DNA from: an uncultured Candidatus Saccharibacteria bacterium
GTDB lineage: Bacteria; Patescibacteriota; Minisyncoccia; UBA10092
NCBI GenBank assembly: GCA_964495505.1
Contig: CAZBVM010000001.1
Span: 3,783 to 61,620, forward strand
Length of the DNA: 57,838 bases
Reading direction: 5' to 3'
A model generated the notes under the pieces. It was not told where the DNA came from. It saw nothing but the letters and a program-made list of their open reading frames with translations, and ran no database searches. Below, one piece after another: positions 9,323 to 18,329 of the stretch (positions are counted from its first letter, which is position 1; each line of letters opens with the position of its first letter). The position numbers were made by a program, and so were the translations under genes.

Positions 9323-10567
9323 ATGGATATTTTTTATGCAATTATTCAAGTTTTTTTAGGGCTCTGGTGGCTTTGGCTGCCGGTGGTTTTAATCGCGGTT
9401 TTTATAGAACTTTGGACAAAGCATCTTAAAACCGCGGCTATTAAAGCCATTAAATGGACTTTTCTTGAAATTAAGGTTTCTAGAGATATTGAAAAAAGCC
9501 CGAAATCAATGGAACAGATATTTTCCGGACTTCACGGTATTATCACAAAAATAAAATTTCTTGATACATATTGGAAGGGCAAAGTGCAGGAGTGGTTTAG
9601 TTTTGAAATCGCCGGTATTGACGGAGCGGTTTATTTTTTTATAAGAACTCCGGAACAGTTCCGGAACTTAGTTGAAGCCCAAATTCACGCCCAGTATCCC
9701 GACGCGGAAATTTCCGAGGTTTTGGACTACGCTGGCCCTATTGCAAAAAAGGTCCCGTCAAAATCATACGATATCGGCGGCGCCGAACTTATTTTAGACA
9801 AAGACGATTTTTATCCCATCAGAACCTATCCGGCTTTTGAGGAAAAAGAAGAAGAACAGAGAGTTGATCCGATGGCGTCGTTTCTTGAGATTCTTTCAAA
9901 ACTCAAACCCGGGGAAAATATTTTTATAGAATATTTAATGAAACCGACCGTCGAAAAAAAGTGGAAAGAAAAGGGTCAGGAATTTATAAATAAGCTGATG
10001 GGGAAAAAAGTCGCGGTCAAAGAAAACTGGCTTGACAGGGCCTTGGGAGGAGTTGATGAATTCGTGATAAATCTTATAAAGGCCATTTTGATTTATCCTA
10101 TTTGGGGAGAGGAAAAAAAGGAAGAAAGCAAGGCGTCAGTTGCTAATCTTTCTCCCGGAGAAAAAACAGTCGTTGAAGCGATAGAAAATAAAATGGCAAA
10201 ACTGGCTTTTAAGGCGTGCATCCGTTTTGCTTATATTGCCAGAAGCGATGTTTATAACCGTGCCAACATGGCGGCTGTGAGCGGCGCCTTCAAGCAGTTT
10301 AACACCGTCAACCTTAACGCTTTTAAATCAAACGGTAAGGCGGGGACTTCGGCCGACCAGCCTTTTAAAAAAAGAAAAGAGTTTTTAAAAAAGAAAAAAT
10401 TTATTGAACGCTACGCGAACAGAGCGTGGCCCAAAAAGGACTTTATTTTAAATATTGAGGAATTAGCGACCGTTTATCACTATCCGATTTTGACGGTTCT
10501 AACGCCAACTTTGCGCCGGGTTGAGGCCAAAAAAGCAGAACCGCCGGTTTCATTACCAATAGGATAA
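9323..10567 (+). CDS. Membrane-anchored protein homologous to the N-terminal half of the fused ATPase at 49020-51422
   Basis: N-terminal TM segment. Blocks LEIKVSRD...MEQIFSGL, FSFEIAG...YFFIRTPEQF...QYPDAEI and ELATVYHYPIL...AKKAEPP align by eye with residues about 1-390 of the 800-aa protein. Confidence 0.65.
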   Translation: MDIFYAIIQVFLGLWWLWLPVVLIAVFIELWTKHLKTAAIKAIKWTFLEIKVSRDIEKSPKSMEQIFSGLHGIITKIKFLDTYWKGKVQEWFSFEIAGIDGAVYFFIRTPEQFRNLVEAQIHAQYPDAEISEVLDYAGPIAKKVPSKSYDIGGAELILDKDDFYPIRTYPAFEEKEEEQRVDPMASFLEILSKLKPGENIFIEYLMKPTVEKKWKEKGQEFINKLMGKKVAVKENWLDRALGGVDEFVINLIKAILIYPIWGEEKKEESKASVANLSPGEKTVVEAIENKMAKLAFKACIRFAYIARSDVYNRANMAAVSGAFKQFNTVNLNAFKSNGKAGTSADQPFKKRKEFLKKKKFIERYANRAWPKKDFILNIEELATVYHYPILTVLTPTLRRVEAKKAEPPVSLPIG

Positions 10568-10649
10568 AAGCTTCATTAGCTTCGTTAGCTTTTTAGAGAA
10601 ATAAAAATCCATAAGCTAATGCAGCTAAAGAAGCTATAAGCTAAAAGCT

Positions 10650-12302
10650 ATGACTAATAACGATATAACATTTTTTGCTGAAACGACTTTTAGAAACGAA
10701 AGGAAAAAATTCGGCATTAAGACCGACGATCGCCGCCGCCATATGTATATTATAGGGCAAACTGGCACCGGAAAGACCACACTGCAAATGAATATGATGA
10801 TTTCCGATATTTTGGCGGGCCGCGGCATGGGGTTTGTTGATCCTCACGGCGAAATGGCCGAAAGATTGCTTCATTATATCCCTAAGGAACGCATTAAAGA
10901 TGTTATTTATTTTTATCCGGCTGATTTAGAATATCCGATTGCTTTTAACGCCATAGAAAGCATAGACGCAAAAGCGCGCCACCTGATTGCTTCCGGCCTT
11001 ATGGGGGTCTTTAAAAAAATCTGGCCCGATGTTTGGAGCGCTCGGATGGAATATATTTTAAACAACACTATTCTGGCGCTTCTTGAAGTTCCCGGTTCCA
11101 CATTGCTTGGTGTTAACCGGATGTTTTCTGACAAGGCGTTTAGAAAAAACATCGTCAGCCAACTTCAGGATCCGGTTATTAAAGCGTTTTGGACGCAGGA
11201 ATACGCTGCTTATCAGCAAAAATACGAACAGGAAGCGACGGCGGCAATTCAAAATAAAATCGGCCAATTCAGTTCGGCCACGATTATAAGAAACATTATC
11301 GGTCAGCCGACTTCTTCATTTAATTTCAGGGCTGCAATGGACGAAGGAAAAATCGTAATAATGAACTTAAGCAAGGGGCGGCTTGGAGAAGACAACACCA
11401 AACTTTTGGGCGGTATGCTTATTACCAAAATTCAACTTGCTGCCATGAGCCGGGTTGACATACAGGAAGAGGACCGCAAAGATTTTTATCTTTATGTAGA
11501 CGAATTTCAGAATTTTGTAACCGACAGTTTTGCCGACATTTTGTCGGAAGCCAGAAAATTCCGCCTTGACCTTACTATCGCCAATCAATATATCGGCCAA
11601 TTAGTTCATGACCAGAATGTAAAGGTGAAAGACGCGATTTTTGGCAATGTCGGGACGTTTGTCGCTTTTAGGGCCGGCGGCGAAGATGTTGAATTTTTGG
11701 AAGAAAAACAATTCAGTCCCAATATAACGGCTCAAGACCTGCTCAATCTGCCGAATTACAATATCTATCTACGCTTGCTAATTGATGGCGTTCCTTCAAG
11801 GCCTTTTTCGGCGATCACTTTGCCGCCGTATCCAAAGCCGGAAATTTCTTATGCCGATGAAATTATAGAGCACTCCAGAAAAACTTACGGCACGTTAAAA
11901 TCCGATGTAGAAAAAGCCATAGCCGCGGCTGCGGGTGTTGAACTTGCCGCGGCGCCATCAGATATCGGCGAGGTTAAAGTTTCTGCCCCGCAAAGAATGC
12001 CCAGAACGGACACGGATAGTTACGGCACTTCCTATGCCGCTGTTTGCGTAAGTTGCGGAAAAAATACCAAAGTTCCGTTTAAACCCGATCCAAACCGGCC
12101 GGTTTACTGCAAGGATTGTTTTGCGAAAAATCCTGCCCGCCAGCGGCCTAAGCCGCAGGCGATGGCAGGCGGGCGTCCCGCAAGGCCAGTACATTTGTCA
12201 CAGTTGAAGCCACGACTCCAAAAACCACCAGCGCCAAGGCAACGCAAAACCGTTGACACCGAAGGCCTCAAAAAAATTTTGGAAGAGACAATGGAAAAGT
12301 AA
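10650..12302 (+). CDS. TraD/VirD4-like (type IV coupling protein / FtsK-HerA superfamily) P-loop ATPase with C-terminal zinc ribbon and Pro/Arg-rich tail
   Basis: Walker A YIIGQTGTGKT, Walker B LYVDEFQNF, ANQYIGQL, and C-terminal CVSCGK..x17..CKDC. Confidence 0.75.
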   Translation: MTNNDITFFAETTFRNERKKFGIKTDDRRRHMYIIGQTGTGKTTLQMNMMISDILAGRGMGFVDPHGEMAERLLHYIPKERIKDVIYFYPADLEYPIAFNAIESIDAKARHLIASGLMGVFKKIWPDVWSARMEYILNNTILALLEVPGSTLLGVNRMFSDKAFRKNIVSQLQDPVIKAFWTQEYAAYQQKYEQEATAAIQNKIGQFSSATIIRNIIGQPTSSFNFRAAMDEGKIVIMNLSKGRLGEDNTKLLGGMLITKIQLAAMSRVDIQEEDRKDFYLYVDEFQNFVTDSFADILSEARKFRLDLTIANQYIGQLVHDQNVKVKDAIFGNVGTFVAFRAGGEDVEFLEEKQFSPNITAQDLLNLPNYNIYLRLLIDGVPSRPFSAITLPPYPKPEISYADEIIEHSRKTYGTLKSDVEKAIAAAAGVELAAAPSDIGEVKVSAPQRMPRTDTDSYGTSYAAVCVSCGKNTKVPFKPDPNRPVYCKDCFAKNPARQRPKPQAMAGGRPARPVHLSQLKPRLQKPPAPRQRKTVDTEGLKKILEETMEK

Positions 12303-12377
12303 GGATTTTGCTTAATTTACTCTAAACTGTTGATAACCTGCTGAATAAAAGTTGGAAGATTTTGATATAATGAAAAT

Positions 12378-13274
12378 ATGGAACTTGATCAATTTTACAC
12401 AAAAAAAGCTATTGCCAAAGGATGCTATGAGCTTATGCTTTTAAAACTCTCGCAACTTGATGTCAGAAATCCGTTTTTTGTAGAACCATCAGCTGGTTCG
12501 GGTAGCTTCTTTAATCTTCTTAATCCTAAAAAAAGTGTTGGAATAGATATAGAACCAAAAAGTAAAGGCATCAAAAAACAAGATTTTTTAACATGGCAGT
12601 ATAATGGTAGGGGAAAAGACAATGTAGTGGTTATTGGTAATCCGCCATTCGGGAAAAGAGCTAAATTGGCAATAAAATTTTTCAATAAATCAGCTGAATT
12701 CGCTCATACAATTGGATTTATAGTTCCAGTCCAGTTCAGAAAATATTCAGTGCATTCAAAAATTAATTTAAATTACAAACTTATTGCTGAAAGGCTCCTG
12801 CCTAAAAATTCATTTATTACTGACGGCGGAGATAATTTTGATGTCAATTGCGTATTTCAAATCTGGACAAAAAAAGATACCACGCTTCGTAACAAACGAA
12901 TACTATTGGCTCCTCCTATCAAGCATCCAAATTTCAAAATATATCAATATAACAATACAAAAGAAGCATTAAAAGTTTTTCAGTATGATTTCGATTTTGC
13001 AGTTCCAAGACAGGGATATGAAAATTATGCGAGAAGAGAATTTAATGCCCGAAACCTTGAAAAAAATAAGCAGTGGGCGCTTTTTAAGGCGCGCGATGAA
13101 GAAACAAGAAGAAATCTTATTAAATTAGATTTTGCTAAGTTAGCACAGAAGAATACTGTAGTGCCTGGATTTGGTAAGGCAGATGTGGTAGAAGAATATA
13201 TAAGAACATACGAAAACTATGCTTGGCATTTTCGAAGACATAATAAAACACAAAGCAGATTATTTGCGAGCTGA
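12378..13274 (+). CDS. N6-adenine DNA methyltransferase (gamma-type motif order)
   Basis: DQFYT, then motif I VEPSAGSGSF, then motif IV GNPPFG. AT-richer than its neighbours. Confidence 0.8.
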   Translation: MELDQFYTKKAIAKGCYELMLLKLSQLDVRNPFFVEPSAGSGSFFNLLNPKKSVGIDIEPKSKGIKKQDFLTWQYNGRGKDNVVVIGNPPFGKRAKLAIKFFNKSAEFAHTIGFIVPVQFRKYSVHSKINLNYKLIAERLLPKNSFITDGGDNFDVNCVFQIWTKKDTTLRNKRILLAPPIKHPNFKIYQYNNTKEALKVFQYDFDFAVPRQGYENYARREFNARNLEKNKQWALFKARDEETRRNLIKLDFAKLAQKNTVVPGFGKADVVEEYIRTYENYAWHFRRHNKTQSRLFAS

Positions 13275-13893
13275 AACAGGCGAGCATTTTGAAGATAGAT
13301 TTGAGCGTGGTCTTCGTTCAGATGGTTATTCGCCAATACTAAAGCGGGATGTTTCTGCTGATGACTTTAGCATTATTAAAAATTTTATTGTACAGAAACA
13401 AAATGCGGATTTTTTGGTATTTAAGAAATACCCGATGTCGTTTATTCGTGGATCGTTCGGTTCTCAGAATTATCCTGATTTTATTGTTTTTACTGGAAAA
13501 TATGTTATTCCGGTTGAGATTAAGTATTCTAAAGAGAGTCAAACAAGACCAGTTTGGAATAGCGGCATACCAAGGGCAAACGGAATATACATTTTTGGCT
13601 CTTATAAGAAGGGGGATATAACTTTCTTTTTAGGTTGTGATGTACTAAACAAAAGACGAAGAGCCGCTCTTATAAAGTTTTTTGAGGAAATAAAAGCAGA
13701 AGAAAAAAGCTTTAAAAAAATCGCTAAAGAAAAACTTCCCGATACAGAAAAAAGAGGTTTTATGCCTTACGTTAGACGGGCATACGATCAAGAAAAAATT
13801 TCAAGAGATACAGAATTAAATTATTTCTCCCATTCTCAAAGAAAAAGACTTGAAAGAAATGTAATTGCTATTATTAAAAAACTACAAAAATAA
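13219..13893 (+). CDS. Putative type II restriction endonuclease (PD-(D/E)XK)
   Basis: YPDFIVF...VIPVEIKYSK gives a PD...ExK core immediately downstream of the methyltransferase. The first ATG overlaps the MTase by 56 nt, so the start is uncertain. Confidence 0.55.
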   Translation: MLGIFEDIIKHKADYLRAETGEHFEDRFERGLRSDGYSPILKRDVSADDFSIIKNFIVQKQNADFLVFKKYPMSFIRGSFGSQNYPDFIVFTGKYVIPVEIKYSKESQTRPVWNSGIPRANGIYIFGSYKKGDITFFLGCDVLNKRRRAALIKFFEEIKAEEKSFKKIAKEKLPDTEKRGFMPYVRRAYDQEKISRDTELNYFSHSQRKRLERNVIAIIKKLQK

Positions 13894-13913
13894 AAAACAC
13901 CGCAGAGCGCGGT
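13885..13913 (-). terminator. Rho-independent terminator (minus strand; probably efp, bidirectional with the REase gene)
   Basis: On the minus strand, accgcgctctgcggt is followed by gttttttattttt. Confidence 0.6.
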
Positions 13914-14023
13914 ATTCTTTAGTGGTGTTTGGTTACAGCTTAGATAGCCGTGACAGGGCCAAGGCCCTCCAAGCACCAAAAATAGTATAGCATATTTCAA
14001 ATAAAGTTGTCCACAAGTGGTTT

Positions 14024-14596
14024 TTATTCTCCCTTCTCAACTCGCTCCACATATTCCCCAGTTTGGGTGTTGACGCGGATTATGTCTCCTTCGCTAACAA
14101 ACAAAGGCGCGACTATTTGAGCACTGGTTTCTATTGTAATAGTTTTAGTTCCGCCTTGGGCGGTGTTGCCGCGAGTGGCGGGGGGAGCTTCAACAACTTT
14201 AAAATCCATTTTTATCGGCAGGGTGATATTCAAAATTTCGCCGTTAAACTTTAGTGCTTCAACAACAGTGTTTGTTTTTAAAAAATTAATCGCGTTTCCG
14301 ATTTGTTCCTGCGAAAGTTTAAAGCGATTTGATTGGTTATTTTCTTCGGCGAACCAATATTCGCCGCGGTGGTTATATAAATATTTCACTTTCCTTTTTT
14401 CAATATCTGCTTCTTCAAAAGTGTCAGACGGCTTAAAATTCCGCGCCAAAACTTGGCCGGTTTTTAAGTTTTTTAACTTCGTCTGAATACTAGAACCGCC
14501 GCGGCCAATATGAAGATGGCGCGCCTCAAGAACTTCGTAAGGCGTGTTTTCATAGACGATACAGATTCCGTTTTGCAAATCGTTTATTGATAACAT
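14024..14596 (-). CDS. efp: Translation elongation factor P
   Basis: 190 aa. NDLQNG..I.....PYEV......H...GRGGSSIQTKLKNLKTGQ is a typical EF-P N-terminus. Confidence 0.95.
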   Translation of the reverse strand: MLSINDLQNGICIVYENTPYEVLEARHLHIGRGGSSIQTKLKNLKTGQVLARNFKPSDTFEEADIEKRKVKYLYNHRGEYWFAEENNQSNRFKLSQEQIGNAINFLKTNTVVEALKFNGEILNITLPIKMDFKVVEAPPATRGNTAQGGTKTITIETSAQIVAPLFVSEGDIIRVNTQTGEYVERVEKGE

Positions 14597-14658
14597 TATT
14601 CAAATATGTTATCCTTTTTTTATCTTTTTTGCCAAGTTCCTTAAAAAGGAGGAAAAAA

Positions 14659-17055
14659 ATGAGTCGAGCCAAAGTTTATATCGCTCCGATACCAGAGGGT
14701 CTTGTTTCTCCCACTTTCACCGAAGACGCGCTCAAGCTTATTAACGAGCGTTATTTGCGTCGCGATAAGGATGGCCAGATTGTTGAAACTGTTGAAGGAA
14801 TGTGCTGGCGGGTCGCTTATCATATAGCTTCTGCCGATAAAAAACATGGCAAGTCCGATGATGAAGTTATTGAGCTGGCAAAAGAATTTTACGAGGCTTT
14901 AGCGGAAAGAAAATTTTTCCCTAACGCTCCGACGATTTATAACGCCGGCACTGGTAACGGGCTACAGTTTTCCGCGTGTTTTGTACTTCCGATTGAGGAC
15001 TCTATGGATGGGATTTATGATGCCATAAAATGGCAGGCGGTAATCCATAAATCCGGAGGCGGAACCGGTTTTTCGTTTTCGTCTCTTCGGCCAAAAGACG
15101 CTTTGGTTCGGTCAACCCGGGGGAAGTCGTCCGGCCCCGTTTCATTTCTTAAGGTATTCAACACCTCAACAGAATTCGTTAAGCAGGGCGGCATGCGCCG
15201 CGGCGCCAATATGGCGATTATGAGCGTCCATCATCCCGATATTATGGAATTTATTCAGTGCAAGGGAATGTTGACGGATAAAAACCGGACAATTTACGAG
15301 CGCGTAAAGCCGTTTATTTACAGCAAGCGCGCGCTTGATCTTTTGCGAATTTCGCTTCTTGAAACTCAAATTGCCAACTTCAATATTTCCGTAGCGGCAA
15401 CTGACGCTTTCATGGAAGCGGTTAGAAATGATTCCGAATATGACCTAATTGACCCGCAAAACGGCGAAACTGTTTCGCGGCTCAAGGCCAAAATGGTGTT
15501 TGACGCAATCGTTAAGATGGCGTGGGAAACCGGAGACCCCGGCCTTTGGTTTATTGATAAAACCAACAGGTGGCGGGCAAATCCGATTCCATCACTTAAG
15601 ACAATTAACACGACCAATCCCTGCGGGGAACAACCGCTTTTTGATTTTGATGTTTGTAATCTTGGTTCCATTAATCTTTCTAAATTTCTTCTCAAAGAGG
15701 GTGATAAATACAAAATTGATTTTAAGGAATTGGAAAAGGCCACGCGGTTAGCCGTCCACTTTTTGGACAATGTTATTGAGCTTAATCCTTATCCGCTTCC
15801 TCAAATTATGGATTTGTCTCATAAAATCCGGCGAATTGGACTTGGGATTATGGGTTGGGCCGATATGCTGACCTATCTTGATACTCCCTACGCGTCAAAC
15901 GATGCCGTTAAACTGGCGGAACAGGTTTCAAAGTTTATCAACACTGTCGGTCATGACGAGTCGCAAAAACTTGCCGTGGAGCGCGGGCCGTTCCCGCTCT
16001 GGGAGCAAAGCATTTATAAGGATGACAAGCCGATAAGAAACTGTACCGTTACAACTATCGCCCCGACCGGCGAAATCAGAATTTTAGCCGGTTGTTCCGG
16101 AGGCATTGAACCTTTTTATGGCCTTACGGAAATTCATAAGTTTGAAAGTCGGGTTTTACATCGTATCCAGCCCGGGTTTGAAAGATTTCTTGAAGTCGCC
16201 AAAAAGCGCGGATTTTATTCCGAAAAGCTTGAAGAGGAAGTCAAGAGCCGGGGCCGCATTGATGATTTGGACGGTATTCCCGATGATATCAGAAAAATTT
16301 TTGTTACTACCCACGAGATAAAGCCCGAGTGGCATGTCAAAATTCAGTCTGCTTTTCAAAAGAACACTGATAATGGAGTAAGTAAAACAATCAATCTGCC
16401 TAATTCAGCCACGCTAGCCGATGTGGAAAGAGTTTATTGGCTTGCATATGAAACCAGCTGCCTCGGAATCACAGTTTTTCGAGACGGCTGCAAGGGCGGA
16501 GTGCTTTCGGTCGGGATAGATGATAATCAAAAAGGCAAGCTGACTTACCGCGATTTTATCCGTTCAAGGCCAAAACCGGCCCATGGTATTACCACGCGGG
16601 TGGAAACGCCCGATGGCGCCGCTTTTATCACTATCAATTATGATATTGAAATCGGACCGGTTGAACCGTTTGAGATTTTCATTAATGTCGCTAAAGCGGG
16701 AACCGATGCCGCGGCCGATGCCGAGGCCATTGGACGACTCGCTTCGGCCCACTTGCGGATTGAATCGCCGAAAACGCCGATTGAACGTTTAACACAGCTC
16801 AGAGATCAGCTTAGGAGTATTGGCGGAAGCCGAGTTTCCGGCTTCGGAAAAGAAAAAGTCACCTCTTTGGCCGACGGTGTCAGTAAGGCTATTGATTTTT
16901 ATCTCAAGTACTTTGATTTCATTGACGATGAAGATATTAAAGAAAAAAATGTTGCGATTTTTCGCGGCAATCGGTGTCCAAAATGTCAGCAAGGAACATT
17001 GATTTATGAAGAGGGCTGTAGCCGCTGCAATAATTGCGATTACAACGTTTGTTAG
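14659..17055 (+). CDS. nrdJ: Adenosylcobalamin-dependent (class II) ribonucleotide reductase
   Basis: TNPCGEQPL active-site loop, FSACFVLP, and C-terminal CPKC...CSRCNNC. I chose the start at ATG 14659, 6-8 nt after AAAGGAGG. The track start at 14587 overlaps efp. Confidence 0.9.
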   Translation: MSRAKVYIAPIPEGLVSPTFTEDALKLINERYLRRDKDGQIVETVEGMCWRVAYHIASADKKHGKSDDEVIELAKEFYEALAERKFFPNAPTIYNAGTGNGLQFSACFVLPIEDSMDGIYDAIKWQAVIHKSGGGTGFSFSSLRPKDALVRSTRGKSSGPVSFLKVFNTSTEFVKQGGMRRGANMAIMSVHHPDIMEFIQCKGMLTDKNRTIYERVKPFIYSKRALDLLRISLLETQIANFNISVAATDAFMEAVRNDSEYDLIDPQNGETVSRLKAKMVFDAIVKMAWETGDPGLWFIDKTNRWRANPIPSLKTINTTNPCGEQPLFDFDVCNLGSINLSKFLLKEGDKYKIDFKELEKATRLAVHFLDNVIELNPYPLPQIMDLSHKIRRIGLGIMGWADMLTYLDTPYASNDAVKLAEQVSKFINTVGHDESQKLAVERGPFPLWEQSIYKDDKPIRNCTVTTIAPTGEIRILAGCSGGIEPFYGLTEIHKFESRVLHRIQPGFERFLEVAKKRGFYSEKLEEEVKSRGRIDDLDGIPDDIRKIFVTTHEIKPEWHVKIQSAFQKNTDNGVSKTINLPNSATLADVERVYWLAYETSCLGITVFRDGCKGGVLSVGIDDNQKGKLTYRDFIRSRPKPAHGITTRVETPDGAAFITINYDIEIGPVEPFEIFINVAKAGTDAAADAEAIGRLASAHLRIESPKTPIERLTQLRDQLRSIGGSRVSGFGKEKVTSLADGVSKAIDFYLKYFDFIDDEDIKEKNVAIFRGNRCPKCQQGTLIYEEGCSRCNNCDYNVC

Positions 17056-17063
17056 TTTCTATA

Positions 17064-17090
17064 CCCCGCGAAACGCGGGGTTTTATATTT
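17064..17090 (+). terminator. Rho-independent terminator after nrdJ
   Basis: ccccgcg-aaa-cgcgggg followed by ttttatattt. Confidence 0.75.
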
Positions 17091-17129
17091 GATTTTAATA
17101 AAAAGTTTTGATACAATAAAGTTTATTTT

Positions 17130-18263
17130 ATGTCAAGACAACAGAAGAAAATTTTTGTAGCAATGAGTGGCGGCGTTGATTCCTCAGTCGCCGCTTTATT
17201 GTTGAAGCAAAAAGGATACGATGTTACCGGTGTTTATATGAAAGGATGGTCTTTAACAGACTGCGCCGAGGAAGACGTGATTGACGCGAGGCGCGTTGCC
17301 GGCGTTTTAGATGTTCCATTTTATGTTTTTGATTTTGAAAACGAATTTAAAAAAACCGTGGTTGATTATATGGTTGGCGAATACGCTGCCGGCCGGACGC
17401 CCAACCCAGATGTAATGTGCAACCGGGAAATTAAATTTGGTTTATTTCTTAAAAAAACGCTTAAACTTGGCGCTGACTATATCGCCACCGGACATTATGT
17501 TAACTTGGAAACGGAGTTTCCAAGTGGAAACTCCGTTTCCAAGTTGCTGCCGGCGAAAGATAGCAGTAAAGACCAGAGTTATTTTTTATGGACTCTAACG
17601 CAAGAACAACTTAAACATTGTTTGTTTCCAATAGGCGATTATACAAAGCCGCAAGTGCGGGCTATAGCTAAAAAATATAAATTACCGACGGCGGAAAAAC
17701 CTGATTCGCAGGGCGTTTGTTTTGTCGGCGAAATTAATGTTGCCGAATTTTTAAAGGAAAAACTCGGAAAAAATCCGGGACCGATAAAAACACTTAATGG
17801 TAAAACTATAGGAACTCACGACGGAGCGACTTTTTACACCATCGGCCAGAGAAGGGGAATCGGCATCAAAGGCAGTTTGCCGGGCGAACGAGGGAAAATT
17901 TATTATGTCGCGGCAAAAGATTTAAAAACCAATACCATCCTTGTAGCCGAAGGCAAAGACGAAAATTTATTCTCAGATAATTTAACGGTAAAAAACATCA
18001 ACTGGATTTCTGGAAGACAACCAAAATTGCCGTTAAATTGTTTTGCGCGCATCCGCTATCGCCAGCCGCTGCAACAAGCACGGCTTGTTGAATTTCCAAT
18101 TTCCAATTTCCAATTTCCAAAAAAATCTAAAACATCAAATTCGAATTTAAAAACTTTCAAAGTAATTTTTGATACTCCACAGCGTGCCATAACTCCCGGC
18201 CAAAGTGCGGTTTTCTATACAAAAAACGACACCATGCTCGGCGGCGGGGTTATTGACAGATAA
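17130..18263 (+). CDS. mnmA: tRNA 2-thiouridine(34) synthase MnmA
   Basis: PP-loop VAMSGGVDSSVAA, ATGHY, KDQSYFL, and C-terminal PGQSAVFY...LGGG. Confidence 0.93.
   Translation: MSRQQKKIFVAMSGGVDSSVAALLLKQKGYDVTGVYMKGWSLTDCAEEDVIDARRVAGVLDVPFYVFDFENEFKKTVVDYMVGEYAAGRTPNPDVMCNREIKFGLFLKKTLKLGADYIATGHYVNLETEFPSGNSVSKLLPAKDSSKDQSYFLWTLTQEQLKHCLFPIGDYTKPQVRAIAKKYKLPTAEKPDSQGVCFVGEINVAEFLKEKLGKNPGPIKTLNGKTIGTHDGATFYTIGQRRGIGIKGSLPGERGKIYYVAAKDLKTNTILVAEGKDENLFSDNLTVKNINWISGRQPKLPLNCFARIRYRQPLQQARLVEFPISNFQFPKKSKTSNSNLKTFKVIFDTPQRAITPGQSAVFYTKNDTMLGGGVIDR
17504..17543. repeat. Perfect 19-bp-arm palindrome inside the mnmA coding region
   Basis: cttggaaacggagtttcca-ag-tggaaactccgtttccaag. Encodes ...LETEFPSGNSVSKL... 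Confidence 0.95.
18091..18120 (+). repeat. (ATTTCCA)x4 tandem heptamer inside mnmA
   Basis: aatttccaatttccaatttccaatttccaa encodes EFPISNFQFP. Confidence 0.95.
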
Positions 18264-18329
18264 TTTATTTCCTGTTACTATTTAGATATAGATTAACATC
18301 GCTCTTTAAATTTAAAAAAGGGGAAGCAC

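Noticed and set aside
9323-12302. The TraD/VirD4-like loci could mark an integrated conjugative element or prophage.
   Set aside because: There is no integrase, relaxase, VirB4, capsid or terminase gene in the window, and the flanks are core genes. These look like resident chromosomal systems.
12378-13893. The R-M system might target CGATCG, because that core sits in the 40-nt box and in the palindromes at 19566 and 26025.
   Set aside because: CGATCG also occurs in many ordinary coding positions, for example near 846, 3330, 8660, 10728 and 39540, so there is no avoidance or enrichment pattern visible by eye. Specificity cannot be inferred from sequence alone.
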